Of a DNA stretch of 64,000 bases, positions 9,603 through 18,030 are shown piece after piece (the stretch's first letter is position 1; each line of letters begins with the position of its first letter). A program made the position numbers and the translations under genes. This DNA is from Acidobacteriaceae bacterium. GTDB lineage: Bacteria; Acidobacteriota; Terriglobia; Terriglobales; Acidobacteriaceae. Location of the stretch: assembly GCA_049522955.1 (NCBI GenBank), contig JBEKNJ010000007.1, positions 20,965 to 84,964 on the forward strand, in the 5' to 3' direction. A model generated the notes under the pieces. It did no database searches, was not told the origin of the DNA, and worked only from the letters and a program-made list of their open reading frames with translations.

Positions 9603-10697
9603 ATGATTTGGTGGAAACGGCTTGTGCTTGCTGCTATCGCCGCGACTGCAACGATCCCTGTGTCAGCCACTCCCCTCAAGCCGGAAGTGAAGGATGGCCA
9701 GCATGATTTCGATTTCTCTATCGGAGTCTGGCAAACCCATATCTCACGCAGACTGCATCCTTTGAGCGGATCCGGCGAGTGGGCTGACTATGTGGGATCC
9801 TCGACAGTGCGCCCCATCTGGCATGGACGCGCGAGTCTTGGGGAGACCGAGGCTGATGGTCCGGCGGGACATCTGCAAGCGATGTCGCTCCGGCTCTACA
9901 ACCCGGAATCACATCAATGGAATTTGTATTATGCGAGTTCGGGTGGCACCACCAGTACGCCCACGGCGCTGACCGTGCCAACCATCGGCGAGTTCAAGAA
10001 TGGGCGCGGAGAATTCTTCGACACCGAATTGTTCCTTGGAAGGAGTATTTTGGTCCGCAATGTCTGGTCGGATATTTCACCTAATTCGATCCGCTTTGAG
10101 CAGGCGTTCTCTGAAGATGGCGGACGCACGTGGGAAGTCAACTGGATCGCGGTCGATACACGGACGGACGCCGCTGCGGTTCAACCATCCGCCGTCGGCT
10201 CGGATGCTCCGCCTGGGCAGCATGAGTTTGACTTTGAGTTCGGGACCTGGAAGACACATCTCAAGGTCCTGCTGCACCCGTTGACCGGTTCAACCACCTG
10301 GGTTGAGTCCAATGGAACGAGCGTCGTTCATAGGATCTGGAGTGGCCGCGCCAACATGGTAGAGCTCGACGGAGACGGTCCGTCCGGGCATATCGAAGCA
10401 TTAAGTCTTCGACTCTACGATCCAAAATCCCATCAATGGAGCCTCAATTTTGCGAACAGCAAAACCGGCACGATTGGAGTTCCTACCATCGGCGAGTTCA
10501 GAAATGACCGCGGAGAGTTCTATGACATGGAACCGATCAACGGAAAGACCGTGCTGGTTCGCAATGTCTGGTCGGATATGACGGCCGCCTCCTGTCACTT
10601 CGAGCAGGCCTTTTCCGCGGATGGCGGGAGAAGCTGGGAAGTTAACTGGGTCGCAGACGACACACGAGTGAAAGATGCATCAGGCAGAACGCATTGA
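9603..10697 (+). CDS. exported protein made of two tandem domains of about 150 aa each (DUF1579-like by eye)
   Basis: Signal MIWWKRLVLAAIAATATIPVSA. Repeat 1 HDFDFSIGVWQTH..VPTIGEFKNGRGEFFD..VRNVWSDI..FEQAFSEDGGRTWEVNW. Repeat 2 HEFDFEFGTWKTH..VPTIGEFRNDRGEFYD..VRNVWSDM..FEQAFSADGGRSWEVNW. Divergent from the MocR gene. Confidence 0.75.
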   Translation: MIWWKRLVLAAIAATATIPVSATPLKPEVKDGQHDFDFSIGVWQTHISRRLHPLSGSGEWADYVGSSTVRPIWHGRASLGETEADGPAGHLQAMSLRLYNPESHQWNLYYASSGGTTSTPTALTVPTIGEFKNGRGEFFDTELFLGRSILVRNVWSDISPNSIRFEQAFSEDGGRTWEVNWIAVDTRTDAAAVQPSAVGSDAPPGQHEFDFEFGTWKTHLKVLLHPLTGSTTWVESNGTSVVHRIWSGRANMVELDGDGPSGHIEALSLRLYDPKSHQWSLNFANSKTGTIGVPTIGEFRNDRGEFYDMEPINGKTVLVRNVWSDMTAASCHFEQAFSADGGRSWEVNWVADDTRVKDASGRTH

Positions 10698-10776
10698 GTT
10701 GGGCCGGGGACGACTTTGGCACACCTTGACTCCAGTAGAATCTGTCTGATTCACTCTCCACGACGGGCCCGTCGCA

Positions 10777-10920
10777 CTGCAGATCCCTCCGCTCCGGTCG
10801 GGATGACAAAGTGGGGAGCGGCGCTTCCATTCGGATTCGATGCTTCGGATGATGAACAGCAGGTCCCTCGACTACGCTCGAGATGACAATTTTGTTTGGG
10901 AACGTTAAGTATCGTTTCCA
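10777..10920. repeat. cluster of dispersed-repeat modules (GATCCCTCC..GGGATGACAA family)
   Basis: ctgcagatccctccgctccggtcgggatgacaaag (10777-10810) and aggtccctcgactacgctcgagatgacaattttgtttgggaacgttaagtatcgtttcca (10861-10920) match arm and loop modules of the 43327-43528 palindrome. Sits between convergent genes. Confidence 0.8.
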
Positions 10921-10948
10921 CCCTTGTTGCGGAACCTGATTCAGCCTG

Positions 10949-12415
10949 CTAGGAACTCCAATAGCTGAGGTCGCCACCGAAGACGTGCGGCCGCTCGGAG
11001 GCCAACCGCATCATCAGCTCGCCAAAGAGAGTATTGGCCCAGGCGAACCAAGCCCGGGTAAATATTTTTGGGTCGTCCTTCTGAAAGGACTCGTGCATAA
11101 AGCCGGTGCCGGCGGTCGTGTTGCGCAGCCAGCGAAGACATTGACGAATCTCCGCGTCATCGGTCGAGGTCAGAGCGCGCATAATGATCGACATCGGCCA
11201 GATCATATTGAGTCCTGCGTGCGGTCCGCCGATACCCTCCGCAGCTGTGCCCCGGAAGAAATATGGATTGGCTTCGCTCTGCACAAACTGCCGGGTCCGA
11301 CGATACATTGGATCATCGATCCCGCAACAGCCGAGGTAGGGCAGGCTCAAGAGGCCCGGCGCATTGGCATCGTCCATCTTCAGCACGTTTCCGTAGCCGT
11401 CGACTTCGTACGCCCAGATCTCACCGTATTGCGCGTGCTGCGTTTTGCCATAGCGCTGAACCGCGGTTTCCACTTCCGCGGCGAGCGCCTGCGCTTCCTG
11501 GCCCAGGCTCGCATCCCGGAGAACCTGGGTTGCCAGGGTCGCCAGCTGGCGAAGGCTCACCAGCGCGAAGAGATTTGCGGGAACAAAGAGCGGATACGTG
11601 CAGGCGTCGTCTGATGGTCGAAACATGGAGAAAATCATGCCTACCGGAATCGCCGGACTCCCAAATCCATCGAGTGCTAACGTATCCGTCGGTGTTTCCG
11701 CTGCCCGCTGAAAGGAGTAGGGGCCGCGATCCTGCTTACGCTGTTGGGTGCGGAACGTCCGCACGATGGTCCACGCTGCCTCTTTCCACTGTGCATCGAA
11801 CGGACCGGTGTCGCCCGTGTGCTGCCAGTACCCGTACGCCAGGCGGATGGGATAGCACAGCGAATCCACTTCCCACTTGCGCTCACCGACGCCGGGATAG
11901 TGTTTCGTCTTGTCGTTCACTGCCCAGCTAAGGGGCGCCGCGCTGGAATCGCGCATGAATGCGTTGGCATAGGAGTCGATGAGGATCATGCGTGCCTGGC
12001 GGCGAATGACACCTTCCAGCAGTTCGCGTAGACTACGGTCCTGCTTTGCCAGGGAGAGATACGGCATGACCTGCGCAGAAGAATCACGCAGCCACATGGC
12101 ATCGATGTCGCCGGTCACGACATAGGTATCCGGCTTGCCATCGTGGCTGCCCGGGAAGACGGTTGTATCGAGCGTATTGGGAAAGCAGTTTTCGAAGATC
12201 GTGGCCAGCGGCCCGTCGGGAATTTGCTTTTGTACCTGGTGGATGGCCGCCTCGACCGCATCACTGGTGAAATGCCGTGCTCCCACGACTGGCCGCGCAC
12301 GGGGTAGCTCGTGCACGTTTGTTGTGGCAGCAGGAGCCTCCTCTGCCCACGTCGAACGCGTAAGCGCGAGAGCCGCCGCCCCCTGTAGCCACGCCCGCCG
12401 GCTGAGGGTGATCAT
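10949..12415 (-). CDS. glycoside hydrolase family 125 (metal-independent exo-alpha-1,6-mannosidase family), Tat signal
   Basis: MITLSRRAWLQGAAALALT twin-arginine-like signal. GH125 hallmark YVVTGDIDAMWLRDSSAQVMPYL. GGAGGA RBS upstream of ATG 12415. Confidence 0.85.
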   Translation of the reverse strand: MITLSRRAWLQGAAALALTRSTWAEEAPAATTNVHELPRARPVVGARHFTSDAVEAAIHQVQKQIPDGPLATIFENCFPNTLDTTVFPGSHDGKPDTYVVTGDIDAMWLRDSSAQVMPYLSLAKQDRSLRELLEGVIRRQARMILIDSYANAFMRDSSAAPLSWAVNDKTKHYPGVGERKWEVDSLCYPIRLAYGYWQHTGDTGPFDAQWKEAAWTIVRTFRTQQRKQDRGPYSFQRAAETPTDTLALDGFGSPAIPVGMIFSMFRPSDDACTYPLFVPANLFALVSLRQLATLATQVLRDASLGQEAQALAAEVETAVQRYGKTQHAQYGEIWAYEVDGYGNVLKMDDANAPGLLSLPYLGCCGIDDPMYRRTRQFVQSEANPYFFRGTAAEGIGGPHAGLNMIWPMSIIMRALTSTDDAEIRQCLRWLRNTTAGTGFMHESFQKDDPKIFTRAWFAWANTLFGELMMRLASERPHVFGGDLSYWSS

Positions 12416-12600
12416 CCTTATTTCCTCCGTGCGTTCGTCAATCCCGTATTGTAGCCAGAAAGTTGCGGTAAGGTTTCGCGGCTCCGCCCCCGCGTTCGTG
12501 TCCGCAGAACGCGAAGAAGCGAAACATCGACCGGAACCTTCTGCGCGGACGCCGCATCTATCTTTCGGTGGAAACTAGCAAGGATTTCGAAAGGAGCAAT

Positions 12601-13425
12601 ATGCCCACGATTAAGACCAAAGACGGCGTTGAGATCTATTACAAGGACTGGGGTTCAGGCCAGCCTATCGTGTTCAGTCACGGCTGGCCGCTTTCAGCCG
12701 ACGACTGGGATGCGCAAATGCTGTTCTTCCTGAAACAAGGCTATCGCGTGATTGCCCATGATCGTCGCGGCCATGGGCGTTCGACCCAGGTCAGCGACGG
12801 CCACGATATGGACCATTACGCAGACGACCTGGCTGCTCTGACCTCTCATCTCAATCTCAAGGACGCCATCCATGTCGGCCATTCGACCGGCGGCGGCGAG
12901 GTGACGCGTTACCTGGCACGGCGTGGCGAAGCCGGCGTATCCAAGGCTGCGCTGATCAGCGCGGTGCCGCCGCTCATGCTGAAGACTGCGGCTAATCCCG
13001 TCGGCCTGCCGAAGTCAGTGTTTGACGATCTGCAGGCGCAGCTTGCAGCGAATCGTTCGCAGTTCTATCGGGACCTGCCGACCGGGCCCTTCTATGGATT
13101 CAACCGCCCGGGCGCCAAATCCTCGGAGGCGATCATCGACAACTGGTGGCGGCAGGGCATGATGGGCGGCGCCAAGGCGCATTATGACGGCATCGTGGCC
13201 TTTTCGCAGACCGATTTCACTGAAGACCTTAAGAAGATCACGATTCCGGTGCTGGTGATGCACAGTGAAGACGACCAGATCGTTCCCTACGTCGCCGCCG
13301 GGCCGCTGTCTGCGAAGCTGTTGAAGAACGGAACCTTGAAAACCTATAAGGACTTCCCGCACGGCATGCCAACCACGCAGGCCGAAACAATCAATGCTGA
13401 TCTCCTGGCCTTCCTCAAAGGTTAA
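12601..13425 (+). CDS. alpha/beta hydrolase, non-haem haloperoxidase/arylesterase family
   Basis: [67 protein letters not shown] (G-x-S-x-G nucleophile elbow). AAGGAG RBS before ATG 12601. Confidence 0.9.
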   Translation: MPTIKTKDGVEIYYKDWGSGQPIVFSHGWPLSADDWDAQMLFFLKQGYRVIAHDRRGHGRSTQVSDGHDMDHYADDLAALTSHLNLKDAIHVGHSTGGGEVTRYLARRGEAGVSKAALISAVPPLMLKTAANPVGLPKSVFDDLQAQLAANRSQFYRDLPTGPFYGFNRPGAKSSEAIIDNWWRQGMMGGAKAHYDGIVAFSQTDFTEDLKKITIPVLVMHSEDDQIVPYVAAGPLSAKLLKNGTLKTYKDFPHGMPTTQAETINADLLAFLKG

Positions 13426-13440
13426 AGGTGTACGCAAAGT

Positions 13441-13461
13441 GGGCGGCTCCCCCGGCCGCCC
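13441..13461 (+). terminator. GC-rich hairpin 16 nt after the hydrolase stop (possible terminator; no U-tract)
   Basis: gggcggc-tcccccg-gccgccc: 7-bp stem, 7-nt loop. Followed by atcaagcc, so it is not a canonical intrinsic terminator. Confidence 0.3.
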
Positions 13462-13583
13462 ATCAAGCCTTGATCTGTCATTGCGAGTGACGTAACCTAC
13501 TTCCATCAGGGTCGCTTCCATCTATCCCGCTTTTTTTCACTTGTCCGTCTGCGCCTTCCTCACCATATTTCGTTGAGATTCGT

Positions 13584-13630
13584 GGTACCCACCCTTCGCG
13601 AAGAGCGCGAAGGACGGGGCACCCGTAATT
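13584..13630. repeat. GGGGCACCC-core hairpin repeat unit
   Basis: ggtacccacccttcgcgaagagcgcgaaggacggggcacccgtaatt. Internal 8-bp hairpin ccttcgcg/cgcgaagg. Same architecture as the units at 3228-3368. Confidence 0.6.
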
Positions 13631-13648
13631 TTTGTTGCGGAGCTTAAT

Positions 13649-14836
13649 TTGCACACGTCTGATCGGAAATTACTCCTTACCTTAGCGCGCCACATTGCAT
13701 GGACTTTTATTTTGCTGTTCCTGTGGGCCATCCGGTGCTACGCGCAAACAACCGACACCATCACCTTCAGCGATGGCGAGCAACTCGCCGGCAAGCTGAT
13801 CAGTGTTCTCGGTGGCACCGTCACGTTCCATAGCGAGATCCTCGGGAATGTGACGGTGCCCCTGGAAAAGGTCAAGACGCTCAAGACAGCCCATCCGTTC
13901 GCCGCGGTGGAAAAAGGTCAGCGCGTTACCCGTAAGACCGCCGTGGAACAAATCCCTGTCGGAAGCATCACCCTCAAGAACGATTCGGTCAACGTCAGCC
14001 CTGCCCACGCCGAAGAGAAATCTATTCCGTCAAGCCAGATCGCTTCCCTTCTGGATGCCGCCACCTTTCATCGCGAGATCCAGAGCGAGTCGGATTTCCT
14101 TTACGGCTGGGCCGGGTCCATCACTCTCGGGGCCAGCGTGGTGGATGCTACCAACAGCGCCCAGACCTACACTGGTGCCGTAGCCCTAGTCCGTTCCATC
14201 CCAACCATCGCGTGGCTGCCGCCGGCGAGCAAGACCACGCTGAATCTCAGCGGTACCTACGGCCTTGCGAAAAATTCAGAGATCCTCTCCGAGGGAGAAA
14301 TCTTTCAGGCTGCTTCCACCAGCAAAACCAATATCCTGCACGGCGATGCAGAGTGGGACAAATACCTTTCACCGGTCATCTTTGGATTGGTCAACGCAAG
14401 CGCCGACCACAACTTTGGCAATGGCCTCCAGCTACAGCAGGCTTACGGTGCGGGTCTGGGCTGGAGCATCATTAAACAGCCGAAAGAGAACTTCGATATC
14501 AAAGCAATCCTGCTGTATCAGCAGCAACAGTTTTACAACGGCGTGGAAAGCGGACTCGGGACGCCCTCGGTAAACCTGATCGGCGCGGATCTCAACGAGA
14601 GCTGGTCGCGGACTTTTGCCCACAATATCAAGTTCAACGAGTACGTCACGCTCACGCCGACCTTCAACGTTGTCCGGGCTTACTCCGCTGTGGGAAACGC
14701 AAACTTCGTCTTTCCGGTCTACAAGAGGCTCAACTTCACTCTCTCATCTACGGACAATTACCTCGGCGACCCACCCGAAGGTTTCCGCCGTAATAGTTTT
14801 CAGTTCACTACCGGCATAACGTATGTCGTGAAATAG
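13649..14836 (+). CDS. DUF481-family outer-membrane beta-barrel protein
   Basis: TTG start. Signal-like N-terminus ..FILLFLWAIRCYAQ. Alternating beta-strand pattern with a C-terminal NSFQFTTGITYVVK barrel terminus. HGDAEWDKYL..ADHNFGNGLQLQQAYGAGLGW resembles DUF481 as I recall it. Confidence 0.65.
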   Translation: MHTSDRKLLLTLARHIAWTFILLFLWAIRCYAQTTDTITFSDGEQLAGKLISVLGGTVTFHSEILGNVTVPLEKVKTLKTAHPFAAVEKGQRVTRKTAVEQIPVGSITLKNDSVNVSPAHAEEKSIPSSQIASLLDAATFHREIQSESDFLYGWAGSITLGASVVDATNSAQTYTGAVALVRSIPTIAWLPPASKTTLNLSGTYGLAKNSEILSEGEIFQAASTSKTNILHGDAEWDKYLSPVIFGLVNASADHNFGNGLQLQQAYGAGLGWSIIKQPKENFDIKAILLYQQQQFYNGVESGLGTPSVNLIGADLNESWSRTFAHNIKFNEYVTLTPTFNVVRAYSAVGNANFVFPVYKRLNFTLSSTDNYLGDPPEGFRRNSFQFTTGITYVVK

Positions 14837-15000
14837 GCCAGCATTATCTTCCTCGCACTGCGCAGGAGCCTGTCACAGATACACGTGCACGAAAGATCTC
14901 ATGTTGCCGAGCTGCCGACTGGCCTAGCGGGATAAGATTAGAACCATCGCCTGTCCCCTTTTGTACATACCACTTAAAATGTAAAGAGTACACTTTAGCG

Positions 15001-15369
15001 ATGACATTCCCTGGAATCTTCGAATACTTGACGCATCCCAGTTCTCATCAGCCCCCGGATAATCCCTCCTCGTCGTGTTTTGACGAAAACCAGACGCCGG
15101 TGTGGGCTTACCGCTATAAGGACCTGGGCGACGACGTAGGGCGCGACCCATTCGTGCGAGCCCGGGCGTGGATCGAAATGCCGTCGGGCCGGAATATTCT
15201 GCACACCGGCCAAGTTCTCTCTCACATTGGGCTGGACCTGGAGATTGGCGGGCGTCACATCCGACTCGAGGATGTCGAGTTATCCGTGATCGCAAGTCAA
15301 GCCCTACCTGAGTTGTCTGCGCCTCTGACGGAACCGCCTTCCTCTCCCTTTCCAGCCCTTGTTGGTTGA
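15001..15369 (+). CDS. hypothetical protein (orphan, in low-GC islet margin)
   Basis: 122-aa ORF with high third-position GC in its middle (gac ctg ggc gac gac gta ggg cgc gac..). No recognisable motif. Its stop lies 2 nt from the stop of the convergent ORF 15372..15737. Competing antisense ORFs exist. Confidence 0.3.
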   Translation: MTFPGIFEYLTHPSSHQPPDNPSSSCFDENQTPVWAYRYKDLGDDVGRDPFVRARAWIEMPSGRNILHTGQVLSHIGLDLEIGGRHIRLEDVELSVIASQALPELSAPLTEPPSSPFPALVG

Positions 15370-15371
15370 GT

Positions 15372-15737
15372 TCATTGGTCTTTGCCGATATTTCCATCCT
15401 TTGATGTAACGCATGCGAAGGCAGCTAGTCCAGGGTCCAGACGCGTCACCGTCAGTCTCGACGAGAATCTCAGCCTGAGAGAAATTCCAGCATTGGTTCG
15501 TGGCAAAGCGAGTTCGTCCACGACTTCCCTGACGCGAGTCGAGTTCATGACCGCCGCGGGCTCTTTTTGACCGAAAACCCTGAGTCGCACGCCGATTTCC
15601 GCGAGCAACATCTGAAATGCTGCGTTGTGTGGCTCTTCCGGAGCCCACTTCGGAAAGCAATTACGCGCCTTCCGCAGCCGGGACAGCGACTCTACGTCAA
15701 GAACCATCCGCCCCGGCAACCCGCTAGTCAACTTCAA
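15372..15737 (-). CDS. hypothetical protein (orphan)
   Basis: 121-aa ORF, TTG start preceded by GAGGAG. No motif recognised. Could be a gene fragment. Confidence 0.3.
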   Translation of the reverse strand: MKLTSGLPGRMVLDVESLSRLRKARNCFPKWAPEEPHNAAFQMLLAEIGVRLRVFGQKEPAAVMNSTRVREVVDELALPRTNAGISLRLRFSSRLTVTRLDPGLAAFACVTSKDGNIGKDQ

Positions 15738-15910
15738 CGTCTCCTCGCCTCACTTCGCTCCCCAGACGCGCCGGCCTTCGATTCGTGCACGCACAATAGT
15801 TAAACGAATCACCAAAAAGCACCATTACAGGTAAGCCTTATGGTTGATCGCAGTCGGTGCAGCGCTTAGCAGAGCATTGAGTGGTAAGGAAGAACGGGAG
15901 GGCTAAGTCG

Positions 15911-16078
15911 ATGAATGACCAGGCGTGGTTAGACGGTCAGAAGGAGGGACGCATTGATAGGTTCAAGGGGGCCAAGAATCAATACGCCTGGGTTGTCCTA
16001 CTAAACGACGGATACTCCCGCAGTTACTCCCTCGGATATCGCCACGGTTGGACACGTCCGAATGAGGGGGCACTGTAA
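15911..16078 (+). CDS. small hypothetical protein (55 aa) in low-GC islet
   Basis: GGGAGGG 8 nt upstream of ATG 15911. MNDQAWLDGQKEGRIDRFKGAKNQYAWVVLLNDGYSRSYSLGYRHGWTRPNEGAL. Followed 16 nt later by the Cys/His-rich ORF. Confidence 0.3.
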   Translation: MNDQAWLDGQKEGRIDRFKGAKNQYAWVVLLNDGYSRSYSLGYRHGWTRPNEGAL

Positions 16079-16094
16079 AGGGAAAGGGCAAACT

Positions 16095-16487
16095 ATGGCT
16101 AAGTTAAATGAACAGAAATGCTCAATATGCAGCGAACCGTACCTGAGATCCAAGTTGGGGCACCACATCCGTTCGACTCACAAAGGTATGGATCAATGCT
16201 GCGAATGCGGCGATGGTATACCCAGGTCGCAATTGCAGTTCTGCCAGCATGACAAACATTGCCGCTATCTTTTGTGCGGAAATCCGAACAGAACAACCGA
16301 TAGCGTCCATGCTCTATGCACTCAAGCCAGGCATGCTGTGTGGTGCAAGGAACAGGGGATCCAGAAGTTCAAGCGAGCTTTGAAATCATTCTCTCTTCAG
16401 TCGAGAGAAGTGAGAACACACAAGGACGGCCCTGAAGCCTTGAAGGTAGCTGCCTACCAATTGAAGAACGCTGAAAACGCGCTATAG
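16095..16487 (+). CDS. Cys/His-rich small protein with C2H2-like zinc-finger spacing
   Basis: MAKLNEQKCSICSEPYLRSKLGHHIRSTH.. gives C-x2-C-x3-Y-x4-L-x2-H-x4-H. A second CCECGDGIPRSQLQFCQHDKHC follows, then further Cys/His (CRYLLCG..HALC..HAVWC). Local GC is about 40-50% by hand counts. Confidence 0.4.
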   Translation: MAKLNEQKCSICSEPYLRSKLGHHIRSTHKGMDQCCECGDGIPRSQLQFCQHDKHCRYLLCGNPNRTTDSVHALCTQARHAVWCKEQGIQKFKRALKSFSLQSREVRTHKDGPEALKVAAYQLKNAENAL

Positions 16488-16929
16488 AACGGTGCGGTCA
16501 ATCACGAACACCTAGCGATCATAGATGTATTGCTCTATTCAACTGCAGAATAGATGTGCACGACTGCACCCCTCAGGGCTGATCAGGCCAGGCGCCGATG
16601 CTTAGCATGGAACAACATACTGCATCGCGGATCGCAGATGTATCTCATGCGGAGACTAGCAGTGACAGTGTTTGGCCGACACTTCTCACGAACAGCGACT
16701 GGCCGCCGAGCGCATTGTCTGTGCAATTTTGCACACATCTGTCACATCTGACAGTCGCGCGCCCGGTACGGCACTCGTAATTAGTTGCAAAACCCCTGTA
16801 CTCTTCGCACTGATGAGAGCACACTTATTTAGACTTGCTACTCAGCAGGAACTGATCCATACCGTGGTTCAGCGACTGTTATCATTACCTGCTCTAGTTG
16901 GTGGCACGTCACGCAGAAGAGGCAGTGGT

Positions 16930-17784
16930 ATGCTCCCCGAGAACTACCCTCAATCGTCTCCCCCCAAGGTGTTGCTGGTAGATGACGACGAAATTGCGCT
17001 GCTAACCTTTGCCACCGTGCTACGTCATAGTGGCTTCGACGTGGCGACAGCAACCAACGTGTCCGATGCTCTTACGCTGATCAATCTGGGTACTTATGAC
17101 GTGTTATTGAGCGACCTACACATGCCGGGGGCCGGAGACGGCCTCACCGTGGTGAGCGCGATGCGCCATTCCAATCCTAAAACGATAACGATGTTATTAA
17201 CTTCGTTTCCTGAGATGGACGCCGCTGCCCGGGCTATTTTGCTTCAGGCTGATGAAATACTCGTCAAATCTGCGGGTGTCAACGGGTTGGTTGAAGCGAT
17301 TCAAAGAAGAGTGGCAAGCGGGCATGCTTACTCCCGCATCGTCGAAAGCGTGGCAACAATTCTCCAGCGTTCGCAGGAGGATACTATTGAAGAGTGGTTC
17401 GAGCTGGTCCAGCGCGAGGATAGTCTGATGCGACTGCGGTTGAGCCATGACGTGCGTTGCGAGCATCTACCTCAGCTGTTTTCCGATTTGATACATCGTC
17501 TGCGGTCGCACAGACCTCTCGGCAGCAAGGAGCTACCGTCTATTAATGCGGCTCGTCACGGCGCGGATCGGCTAAGGCAAGGTTATACAGCCGCGATGAT
17601 GGTTGAGGAATCCAGGATCCTGCAAGTCTGCATTTTTAACCGGCTGCAGCAGAATCTGGCCAGCATCGATTTCAGCGTGCTGTTGATTCAAGTGATGACG
17701 ATCGCAGACGAGGTCGATTCGCAGCTTACTCAGGCGATGCAAAGCTTCGCCGTGGAGCCGCCCCGCTATTCGATGGCGACTTGA
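16930..17784 (+). CDS. orphan response regulator: receiver domain plus uncharacterised helical C-terminal domain of about 160 aa
   Basis: Receiver motifs KVLLVDDDEIALLTF, DVLLSDLHMPGAGDG, MLLTSF..ILVKS. The C-terminal part (EDTIEEWFELVQRED..HGADRLRQGYTAAMMVEESRILQ..) has no DNA-binding or enzymatic motif I can name. Start taken at Met87 of ORF 16672..17784; Met48 at 16813 is the alternative. Confidence 0.8.
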   Translation: MLPENYPQSSPPKVLLVDDDEIALLTFATVLRHSGFDVATATNVSDALTLINLGTYDVLLSDLHMPGAGDGLTVVSAMRHSNPKTITMLLTSFPEMDAAARAILLQADEILVKSAGVNGLVEAIQRRVASGHAYSRIVESVATILQRSQEDTIEEWFELVQREDSLMRLRLSHDVRCEHLPQLFSDLIHRLRSHRPLGSKELPSINAARHGADRLRQGYTAAMMVEESRILQVCIFNRLQQNLASIDFSVLLIQVMTIADEVDSQLTQAMQSFAVEPPRYSMAT

Positions 17785-17941
17785 AGGCTGCCTTCGCGCA
17801 AGAGCCTGCGCGCAGGACACCTTGTCCTATGGAATGCTTTGCTGGTCGGCTGCGTACACCTGTACCCAAGCCGACGAGCACATCAAGTCTCTTGAAATGA
17901 CCGTCTGTATCGATTGCAAACAAGGACAGACGGAGGCGATC
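17766..17941 (-). pseudogene. degraded TonB C-terminal-domain gene fragment
   Basis: Minus-strand frames give ..LRLSLFAIDTDGHFKRLDVLVG.. and, after a frameshift, ..LLREGSLQVAIE*. Compare GTVILTGVIGTDGHFKSIDVLTGP..FLREGKPVEVE in the intact gene 25644..26729. 17874-17912 matches 25784-25822 at 35/39 nt with a 21-nt perfect run. No start codon. Its end overlaps the response-regulator stop. Confidence 0.4.
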
Positions 17942-18030
17942 CTAAATCGAACGCGTCTATCTGGGATGCTCCTTTGAGATAGTTTGAGGATGGAAGCCTG
18001 GTACAAGCCAGGATTGCTGGCTCACGCAAG

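Noticed and set aside
14924-15397. 157-aa minus-strand ORF in the islet
   Set aside because: Its product is Arg/Gly/Pro-rich. It overlaps both more coding-like candidates (15001..15369 + and 15372..15737 -). None of the three can be proven from sequence alone.
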